Shown in pieces: positions 18,145-25,561 of a stretch of 64,000 nt of DNA; the stretch's first letter is position 1, and every line of letters begins with the position of its first letter. The position numbers and the translations under genes were made by a program. The stretch is from positions 10,594 to 74,593 of the forward strand of contig CAYYGO010000013.1 of the NCBI GenBank assembly GCA_964471635.1. The letters run 5' to 3'. The notes under the pieces are model-generated. The model worked only from the letters and a program-made list of their open reading frames with translations. It had not been told where the DNA came from and searched no databases. The DNA is from an uncultured Hyphomicrobium sp. (GTDB lineage: Bacteria; Pseudomonadota; Alphaproteobacteria; Rhizobiales; Hyphomicrobiaceae).

Positions 18145-18221
18145 GCCGCCTTAGCTCAGCTGGTTAGAGCGCTAGATTGTGGATCTAGAGGTCCCCCGTT
18201 CGAGCCGGGGAGGCGGTACCA
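18145..18221 (+). tRNA. tRNA-His (anticodon GTG) with encoded CCA, A73, G1:U72 and no G-1
   Basis: Manual cloverleaf: acceptor GCCGCCT/AGGCGGT, D arm GCTC-AGCTGGTT-AGAGC, anticodon arm CTAGA-TTGTGGA-TCTAG, T arm CCCCG-TTCGAGC-CGGGG, then A-CCA. The base at -1 (18144) is T. Confidence 0.92.
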
Positions 18222-18574
18222 TTATCGATCTGACGATCGATCATCCGGCCGGACTTTCAACGTCCGCAGGATTGGCGTGTGCGCGGTTTCATGAGCGCCT
18301 TCGCTGTGCGTCACCAACTTCGGGACCAGCGCTCATGCGACCCTTCCGCCCTGGATGCGACGGCGGCGCAACTTTCGTCTGCCCGTGGTCCTAGGCGACG
18401 CATCGGCCATTAGTTTTCATTTGATCAATACAGTGGTCTGGGGAATATTTTCCGCACTGCGGGAGCCATTCGAGCACGACCACGGGTGCCCGTCAGTTCG
18501 CGTTTGTTCGGGTTGTAGGGTTTCCAGCCAGCGCTGCCTGTCTATTTTTTGGGGACAGGGCACCGGGGGGCGTC

Positions 18575-20263
18575 ATGAGCCAAGGTTCGTTTTGGCGGCG
18601 TGCGTTGATTTTAACCGCTCTGGCCGCGCAGCAAGTTGCAGCCTTGGTCAGTCCAGCTCGTGCTCAGATCGCTGCGCCACCGGCGTTTGCCACGGGTGAC
18701 GGCGACTACGATCCGGCCGAGCTTGCCGGGCTCGCGCTGGTGCCGCTGACGCGCACCTTCAGCCCCGAGGCGGTGAGCCTCAAGGACCGTTTTCCGAAGC
18801 CCGGCAATCAGAAGGACCTTGGCGCCTGCGTCGCCTGGTCGGTCGGCTACGCGGCGCGCAGCTACTACGAGATTGCCACGACCGGGTCCGCCGTCGACGA
18901 CATGAGCCGCATCGTCAGTCCGGCGGCACTGCACGCTCAGCTTCTTGCCGCCGGCGGCACCTGCGAGGCTCCGCAAACGAACATCTACCGGGGATTGCAG
19001 GAGCTTCATTCGCGCGGGGCACCGTCGATCCTGCGCCATCCAGCCTCCTATCCGGATGGGTTCTGCGGTCGTACCGACCGAGCGTCCGCCTCATTCCGCA
19101 TCCGAGATGTGAAATTGGTCGGAAGGCCGTTGCCGCGCTTCGGCAGCGGCAAGCGACAGTCGGGCCTCTCGCCCGATTCGCTCGATCGCATGCGCCTCGA
19201 GCTCGCCGCCGGTCACCCCGTGCTCATCGGAATGCTGGTCGGAAAAAGCTTCATGGGCTGGCCTGCCGGGAGTGTTTATTCCGGCAGCATCCACCAGCGG
19301 CACGGCGACTATCTGCCGGAGCAGGCGGGGCACGCGATGGTGATCGTGGGCTACGACGATTCCCGCCGGGCATTTCAGATCATGAACTCGTGGGGAGAGG
19401 GCTGGGGCGAGGGTGGCTTCATCTGGATCGACTACGACACGATGCTCTCCGATGCCAGGCAGGGTTTTGTGATGAGAACGGATGTCGATCCGCCGCGGCC
19501 GTCGCAGGGTCAATCGGGTGCGCCAAGGGTACAGCTCTCCGGCCTCGAGGCCGAGCACTTGGCCTGCGCCAGCATCACGGTCGAGGGGGGCGCAGCCAAG
19601 GGCTACGTCGCCACGGAGGCAGCCAGGCTCGCTGTGCAGCAGCTCGCGAGCACCAAAGGGCTCAACAGCGAGGTCGTGCTGCGGCCTTGGCCGGTTTGCG
19701 AGGTGCTGCAGACGCTTCGGGCCCCGCTCGCCGCTGCTCGGCGCCCGCGCGTCACGCTGGTCGGCGGCGACAGGACGCTTCGGGTCGGCGAGGCTTTTGC
19801 CATCCAGGTGACGCCACCGACGGTGAGATCATACCTCTATGTGATCTATATCGAGGATGACGGGACGGTGGTCAATCTGCTGCCGAAGCGAGGCGTTCTC
19901 CGGGCTCAGGTCGACATCGATAGCCCACCCCTAATCTTCGGGGACGGCGTCGGCGGCCGGCCGCGGTTCAGGGTCACCCCGCTGCGCTCGGTGGATGCTC
20001 ACGGCAGGGCCCGCGCACCCGGCGATCCCGAGCGCGGCCACGAGGCCATCATCGTCATCGCGGCGCAGGCGCCGATCGAGGAGCTAGAGGACGGCAGTCC
20101 GGTCTATGCGAAGGCCGTCGCTGCCGGAGTAGCGAGCGACGCCGGGCCGCCCGATCGCCTGCTGCTGTCGAAGTTGCGCGACATCACGACCAGAGTAGCC
20201 CAGGGGGCGGAGAAGCCCCGCGAGGTTGCCGCGGACGTGCTCCACCTGCGGATCGTCGACTGA
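18575..20263 (+). CDS. Secreted papain-like (C1 family) cysteine peptidase with C-terminal DUF4384-like domain
   Basis: Signal peptide MSQGSFWRRALILTALAAQQVAALVSPARAQ. The catalytic pattern is NQKDLGACVAWS (Gln-x5-Cys, Cys85 at 18827-18829), GHAMVIVGYDD (His) and NSWGEGWGEGGFIWIDYD (Asn/Trp). The C-terminal LRVGEAFAIQVTPPTVRSYLYVIYIEDDGTVVNLLP resembles DUF4384. Confidence 0.8.
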   Translation: MSQGSFWRRALILTALAAQQVAALVSPARAQIAAPPAFATGDGDYDPAELAGLALVPLTRTFSPEAVSLKDRFPKPGNQKDLGACVAWSVGYAARSYYEIATTGSAVDDMSRIVSPAALHAQLLAAGGTCEAPQTNIYRGLQELHSRGAPSILRHPASYPDGFCGRTDRASASFRIRDVKLVGRPLPRFGSGKRQSGLSPDSLDRMRLELAAGHPVLIGMLVGKSFMGWPAGSVYSGSIHQRHGDYLPEQAGHAMVIVGYDDSRRAFQIMNSWGEGWGEGGFIWIDYDTMLSDARQGFVMRTDVDPPRPSQGQSGAPRVQLSGLEAEHLACASITVEGGAAKGYVATEAARLAVQQLASTKGLNSEVVLRPWPVCEVLQTLRAPLAAARRPRVTLVGGDRTLRVGEAFAIQVTPPTVRSYLYVIYIEDDGTVVNLLPKRGVLRAQVDIDSPPLIFGDGVGGRPRFRVTPLRSVDAHGRARAPGDPERGHEAIIVIAAQAPIEELEDGSPVYAKAVAAGVASDAGPPDRLLLSKLRDITTRVAQGAEKPREVAADVLHLRIVD

Positions 20264-20338
20264 GCGGATCTGCGCGGCAAACATGGTGTGGGGCAGGGTC
20301 GGAGAAGTGCACGACCAGAGTAAGGCTGGAGTGAGACG

Positions 20339-22060
20339 ATGCGAACCATTGTGGTGACGTTGACACGGACACTCGCGTTGACACTCGCCCTGTGTGGGGC
20401 CAATGCGGCGCGTGCCGAGACGCCCGAGGAGATCGTACGCGCCCTCCTGCCCAAGGCGAGCCAGCCGTTGACGCGAAGCTTCAAGCCCCCGGCGCCCGCT
20501 CCTGCCCCAGGCGGATTGTCGCGCAGCTTCCGTCCGGCCGAGCCGGGGGCGCAGGGCCTCACGCGCGGCGTTGCTGTAGAGGGCGGGGATTCGGAGCCAG
20601 AGCCGGAGGGTCCGCCGAAGATCGATCTCTATGTCAACTTCGAGTTCAACAACTCGGCACTGACCCTGAGCGATGCCCGAATCGCACTCGACGCGCTTGG
20701 CAAGGCGCTGACGGATCCGCGCCTTGCCGGCATGCGGTTCGCGATCATCGGGCACACCGATGCGGTCGGGACAGACGCCTATAACATGGACCTCTCGCGT
20801 CGACGTGCCGACTCCGTGCGGCAATATCTCGTTCAGTTCCATCGCGTCGACGCCGGTCGGCTCGAGGCCGAGGGCCGCGGCATGCGCGAACTGAAGATCG
20901 CCACCGACCCGACCAGCAGCATCAATCGCCGCGTCGAGGTCAGAAACCTGATCGGGTCATCGCCGCCGAGGCCGATGCCGGCGCCACCGCCGCAAATTTC
21001 GGCGCCGCCGGTGCCCGCTCCCCGGGTGGCGAGCAACGATCCGGCGCTGCCGCTGCCCGCCTCGCCTCCGCGACCCGTGGTGCGATGGTCGGAGCGAGTG
21101 GATTTCGGGTTGGGTGACCGGCGGCGTGAGCACATCGACCGGTTGCCCGACCGGCCTGCCGCATGGACTGCCGCCCCGGCGCCGAGCGCGCCGCTCGAGA
21201 TTGCGCAGCGGGCTCAAGCATTCACCAGCCGCGGCGAAGCTGCCGCCCGTGCCTTCATTGGCTTGTTCGAGCAGCGCTTCGGCAGGAAGGGCGCCCCGAC
21301 GGACGCCGCCGATGTCGTGGGCCGGGCAGGAGTAGCGCTCGCCGCAGATGCGGGCGTTGCTCAGCTGTCCGTGCTGCAATTGCTCAATCGGCACAACATC
21401 CGCGATGCCGTGGCCGAGGCCCTGGTCATCGCGCAGGCATGGCGAAATCTCGAGCAGAGCTCAGAGCTGGCCGCAGCGGACGAGGGACTGCGCGCTGACA
21501 TTCTCCAGCGGGCATTCGCCTCGGCCGGGCAGACCGTCATGCTGCAGACACGCGCCGTGGCCGAGGCCGCGCGCCTCAAGCGGAGCGCCGAGAGCCTTGT
21601 CACCGCGGTGTCGGATCTGCGCGTCAGAGGTGTGTCGAACGGGGATCTCGACGCGCTGGCCGTTGATCATGGCCGCGCCCTCCTGCAGATGCTCGAGGAG
21701 CAGATTCCGGCGCTTCGCCAGGAAGCGGGCGAAGCCGGTACGGTGGCCAATCTGGAGATGCGTCGCAAGCTGCTCGACTGCGTCGCCATTCGGCTCGATA
21801 CGGTGATCGACGTGGCGGGGCGCGCCGCTCCGCCAGCGAGCGCGCCGGTTCGCGACGTGGCGATGTCGATGCCTCCACTCTTGGTCTCGATCGCGGCGGA
21901 TTCGCTTGTCAACTGCCAGCCGTTATTGTTGCCGTCCGATCCGCAGCGAGGAGCTCCCCCCGTGCCGGTCGACGCCGCGCCGCCGACGAATTTGAGGCCG
22001 CGCAAGGCCGACAACGGCCATGTCCCGCCGGCCCGCTTGGCCGGTCAACCGCTCGAGTAA
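20339..22060 (+). CDS. Secreted OmpA-domain protein with Pro-rich linker and about 320-aa unknown helical C-terminal domain
   Basis: Signal peptide MRTIVVTLTRTLALTLALCGANAARAE. The OmpA_C-like block is VNFEFNNSALTLSDARIALDALGKAL...FAIIGHTDAVGTDAYNMDLSRRRADSVRQYL...NRRVEVRNL. A PPRPMPAPPPQISAPPVPAP linker and an Ala/Leu/Arg-rich domain follow. Confidence 0.8.
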   Translation: MRTIVVTLTRTLALTLALCGANAARAETPEEIVRALLPKASQPLTRSFKPPAPAPAPGGLSRSFRPAEPGAQGLTRGVAVEGGDSEPEPEGPPKIDLYVNFEFNNSALTLSDARIALDALGKALTDPRLAGMRFAIIGHTDAVGTDAYNMDLSRRRADSVRQYLVQFHRVDAGRLEAEGRGMRELKIATDPTSSINRRVEVRNLIGSSPPRPMPAPPPQISAPPVPAPRVASNDPALPLPASPPRPVVRWSERVDFGLGDRRREHIDRLPDRPAAWTAAPAPSAPLEIAQRAQAFTSRGEAAARAFIGLFEQRFGRKGAPTDAADVVGRAGVALAADAGVAQLSVLQLLNRHNIRDAVAEALVIAQAWRNLEQSSELAAADEGLRADILQRAFASAGQTVMLQTRAVAEAARLKRSAESLVTAVSDLRVRGVSNGDLDALAVDHGRALLQMLEEQIPALRQEAGEAGTVANLEMRRKLLDCVAIRLDTVIDVAGRAAPPASAPVRDVAMSMPPLLVSIAADSLVNCQPLLLPSDPQRGAPPVPVDAAPPTNLRPRKADNGHVPPARLAGQPLE

Positions 22061-22085
22061 CTCGGTAGAAGGGGAGCGGCGCGAG

Positions 22086-23753
22086 ATGACGTGGTGGTGG
22101 CCGTGGCTCTTGGGAACGCTGATTCTCGCAGCCTTCGCCGGGCCGGCATTGGCTGCGGCAGAGCCACGCATCGCTCTCGTCATCGCCAATCAGGCCTACG
22201 TCATGCCCGGCGCCGCGCTCACCAACACCCACCAGGACGGCGATCTGATCAAGGCCGCACTCGAGAAGGTCGGCTTCAAGGTCTGGCTCGAGCGCGACAC
22301 ACCCAATGAGGGTCGCATGTTGCAGGCACTGAGCGACCACCAGAAGCGCTTGATCCAGGCTGGCCCCGACGCCGTGGGCTTCATCTACTACACCGGGCAT
22401 GGCGCTGCGGATCGGCCCAATGGCAGCAACTATCTGCTCCCGACCGGCATGCCGGAGTCGGATGCCAGCGTTCTGTCGCTCTATGCGGTGCCTCTCGACA
22501 AGATCACCTCGGCGCTCGCGACGGTCGGCAATCTCAACATCGTCGTCTTCGACGCCTGCCGGAACGTTCCACTGAAGCGGTCCGGGAAAGATTTCGGCTT
22601 CAAGGGTTTCGTTCCGCAACGGGACCAGAGCGGGTTGCTGATCGCCTTCGCGACGGAGGCCGGCAATACGGCCGTCGATCAGAGCCTCTATGCCCGTGCA
22701 CTTGCCGAAGAGCTGCTGAGGCCGGGTCAGGATGCCGGCACAGCATTTCGCGCGGTCGCCCGCCGCGTCAAGGAGGAGACAGGCGGCAGGCAGCATCCCC
22801 AGATCCTCGACGCGCGCACCCGCGATTTCGTGTTCGCCGCCGGGCCGACGGCCCCGGCCGCGGGATCCGCCACGTCGGCCGTTCCCCCGCAGGGCTCGCC
22901 CGTTTCGGCAACGGCTGCGCCGCCACCGCCCCAACCGTCGCCGCAAGCCGCCGCCGAGCCGGGCCCGCCGCGGCCTTCCCGGCAAGGCACCACGCTGCCG
23001 CCTTCGGCTGCCGCCGGGCGCCCCTTGGTGGCCGACCTGCAGCCGCCTTCCGGTACCAACTGTGTTCTTGAGGCGCGACAGGTGGCGACGGACCATGCGG
23101 CGCGCGCCACGTTCCTGCTGTCCTCGTCATGCGGACCGGTGTCCGAGGTCGTCGTCCGCTATCTCGGCGTCAGCCAGCGTCGCCGCGTGACCGGCGGGCG
23201 AGTCACGGTCGATCTGTTCGGCGGTCCGGGACCCGTCTCGTTCGAGCTCGCCAGCGGCCGCTCGGCCGTCGCGGCGGCGCAGGTGCAGCGCGGCGACGAC
23301 GTTCTCAAGGTGGCGCTGGTGTGGAGCGGAGCCGTCAACCTCGACTTGTTCGCTTTGCAGGACGGGGCCCGCATCGGCGAGGCCAGCGCACTTTTTGCCG
23401 ACAACCCCCGCAGTCTGGCCGAGGCACAGACAGGGCAGAGCGGCTTCATCTCGAGCGCCGACGACGGTGCGCTCGAGGGCGACCACGTCGAGGTTTACAC
23501 CTTTCTGAAGACGATCAATCACCGGCGCGGCGCAGTCGAGCTGCGGGTCGATCACCGCTCGCGCGGCGAGGTGGCGACCGGCGACTACTGCGGCTCGGAG
23601 GCGAAGGCTCGCATAGATTTCAAGATCCTGCGCTATGCCGCCGGCAGACTAGAGCAGCACGCGCGCAGCTTTATTCCGCCCGCTCCTTGCGGCTCCCGCC
23701 TCGACGAGCGGTCACGCTATCAGCTTATTCCAAAACCCATCCGGTTCGACTAG
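22086..23753 (+). CDS. Secreted caspase-like (peptidase C14) protein with unknown C-terminal domain
   Basis: Signal peptide MTWWWPWLLGTLILAAFAGPALAAAEP (ATG at 22086 after GGGGAG). The His/Cys dyad motifs are FIYYTGHGAA (His at 22398-22400) and IVVFDACRNVP (Cys at 22557-22559). A Pro-rich linker follows, then about 240 aa of unknown, beta-rich-looking sequence. Confidence 0.85.
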   Translation: MTWWWPWLLGTLILAAFAGPALAAAEPRIALVIANQAYVMPGAALTNTHQDGDLIKAALEKVGFKVWLERDTPNEGRMLQALSDHQKRLIQAGPDAVGFIYYTGHGAADRPNGSNYLLPTGMPESDASVLSLYAVPLDKITSALATVGNLNIVVFDACRNVPLKRSGKDFGFKGFVPQRDQSGLLIAFATEAGNTAVDQSLYARALAEELLRPGQDAGTAFRAVARRVKEETGGRQHPQILDARTRDFVFAAGPTAPAAGSATSAVPPQGSPVSATAAPPPPQPSPQAAAEPGPPRPSRQGTTLPPSAAAGRPLVADLQPPSGTNCVLEARQVATDHAARATFLLSSSCGPVSEVVVRYLGVSQRRRVTGGRVTVDLFGGPGPVSFELASGRSAVAAAQVQRGDDVLKVALVWSGAVNLDLFALQDGARIGEASALFADNPRSLAEAQTGQSGFISSADDGALEGDHVEVYTFLKTINHRRGAVELRVDHRSRGEVATGDYCGSEAKARIDFKILRYAAGRLEQHARSFIPPAPCGSRLDERSRYQLIPKPIRFD

Positions 23754-23772
23754 TCAGGGAGGCCCGTACGCC

Positions 23773-25458
23773 ATGATCTCGGTTCAAAGGCTCGCGCAAG
23801 GCGGCGGCTGTCGTCGCGTCACGCGGGCAACGACCTCCCTCCTGCTCGTGCTAGTCGCGTCGACGACCGCGGCCGCGCAGAGCCGCATCGGCCTCGAAAT
23901 CGATCGGGTGCACGTCATCGACGCCGAGCGAGTGACTCCCACCCCAACCGGCGACAACCTCGACATCGTCCTGACGCACGCGCCCGGTCGCACAATCCGC
24001 CTTCCCATAGAGCGCGTCGCCTGCACTGATCCGAACGCTGCGGGCTGTCCCCAGAAGGTAGCGGAGGTTGCCCAGGCGGTCGCCGCCGGCCGCCTTCCCA
24101 AAGGTGTGGCTGGCTTCGAGATCCACGGTTCGAACACCGTCGGTGCCGAGCTCATGCCGAAGTTGCTCGAAGGGATGTTGTCGGCGCGGCTGGCCGACCC
24201 CGTGACGTCGACCCAGGAGACGAGCGAGGGCAAGCGCCACACGGTCGAGTTCGAGACAGAGGGCGGGGTGCGCCAGAAGGTCGACATTCACGCCTTCGGG
24301 TCCTCGACGGGGTTCAAGGGTCTGCTTGCCGGCACGGCCCAGCTCTGGATGTCGTCGCGACCGGCCAAGGACGGCGAGGTCAAGGAGATCCGCGGCAGCC
24401 GGCAGGTGGAGCTTCTTGCTCCCGAGAGCGAGCACGTCATCGCGCTCGACGGTCTCGCCGTCATCGTCAACAAGAGCAATCCGCTCGGAGCGCTTTCGAT
24501 CAAGGAAATCGCCGACGTCTTCTCAGGCCGCATCAAGGATTGGCAAGACATAAAGGACAGCAATCGCCGCGGGCCGATCAAGGTCTACCGTCGTGACGAC
24601 AACTCCGGAACCGCATCGACGTTCAAGGATCTCGTACTCGAGCCGAACAAGGTCGGCTGGACGCCCGCGGCGGTCCCGCACTCCGACAGCGTCGCGCTCG
24701 AGCAGGCCGTTACGCGCGAGGCGGATGCCATCGGATTCGTCGGCATGGGCTACGTGCAGAACGCCAAGGCGCTGGCGATCAAGGCCGATTGCGGTATGGC
24801 ATTCCGCCCCGACGCGTTCAACGTCAAGACCGAGGAATACCCGCTGTCCCGCCGTCTGTTCGTCTACAGCCTCGGCAAACCGAGCAACCCGCTCGCAACG
24901 GACTTGCTCGAATTCGCGGCGTCCAACGACGGCCAGACATTGATCCGCGAGCAACGATTCGTCGACCTGCTGATGGACTCCAACGGCCTTGACTTCGACA
25001 ACCAGGGAGCGCGGCTGGCCAATATGCTGGTCGCCGGCGCCCAGGATCAGGCAGCGACGACGGCGTTCATCGACGCCGTCCGCTTCGCCCGCCGCGTCTC
25101 GACCACGCTGCGTTTCAGGTCCGACAGCAACGAGCTCGACAACAAGGCGGTTCGCGATCTGACCCAGCTTGCCGACGCCCTCAAGACCGGTCGCATCGAG
25201 GGCAGCAAAGAGTTCCTGCTGATCGGTTTCGCGGACGACCAGGAGGCGGCGCAGGGCAAAGCCAAGGACGTCGCCGAAGGCCGCGCCATCGCAGTTGCCA
25301 AGCTGTTGCAGCAGAAGCTCGACCAGCATCCGAACAAGGCGTTGGAGATCAAGGTGCACAACCAGAACGTCAAGGCGTTCGGCGCGGCAGCGCCAGCGGT
25401 TTGCAACGATGCTCGTGGTCGCACGCTGAACCGGCGTGTCGAAGTGTGGGTTCGTTGA
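23773..25458 (+). CDS. Secreted PstS-like (PBP_like_2) substrate-binding / OmpA-family fusion protein
   Basis: Signal-like N-terminus TSLLLVLVASTTAAAQS. PBP-type segments are IHGSNTVGAELMPKLL, AFGSSTGFKGLLAGTAQLWMSSRP, LDGLAVIVNKSNPL..LSIKEIADVFSGRIKDWQDI and RDDNSGTASTF. The C-terminal OmpA-like block is LRFRSDSNELDNKAVRDLTQLADAL...LIGFADD...GRAIAVAKLL...NRRVEVWVR. GGGAGG lies upstream of the ATG. Confidence 0.8.
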   Translation: MISVQRLAQGGGCRRVTRATTSLLLVLVASTTAAAQSRIGLEIDRVHVIDAERVTPTPTGDNLDIVLTHAPGRTIRLPIERVACTDPNAAGCPQKVAEVAQAVAAGRLPKGVAGFEIHGSNTVGAELMPKLLEGMLSARLADPVTSTQETSEGKRHTVEFETEGGVRQKVDIHAFGSSTGFKGLLAGTAQLWMSSRPAKDGEVKEIRGSRQVELLAPESEHVIALDGLAVIVNKSNPLGALSIKEIADVFSGRIKDWQDIKDSNRRGPIKVYRRDDNSGTASTFKDLVLEPNKVGWTPAAVPHSDSVALEQAVTREADAIGFVGMGYVQNAKALAIKADCGMAFRPDAFNVKTEEYPLSRRLFVYSLGKPSNPLATDLLEFAASNDGQTLIREQRFVDLLMDSNGLDFDNQGARLANMLVAGAQDQAATTAFIDAVRFARRVSTTLRFRSDSNELDNKAVRDLTQLADALKTGRIEGSKEFLLIGFADDQEAAQGKAKDVAEGRAIAVAKLLQQKLDQHPNKALEIKVHNQNVKAFGAAAPAVCNDARGRTLNRRVEVWVR

Positions 25459-25561
25459 TCAAAGGGTGGCCGCGCTGCGCCCGTGGTCGTGACGGATGAG
25501 GCGATCCGTGATAGTCTTAATAGGTGTTTCCGAGAAGATAAATCCATTGAGAGGTCCCGCA

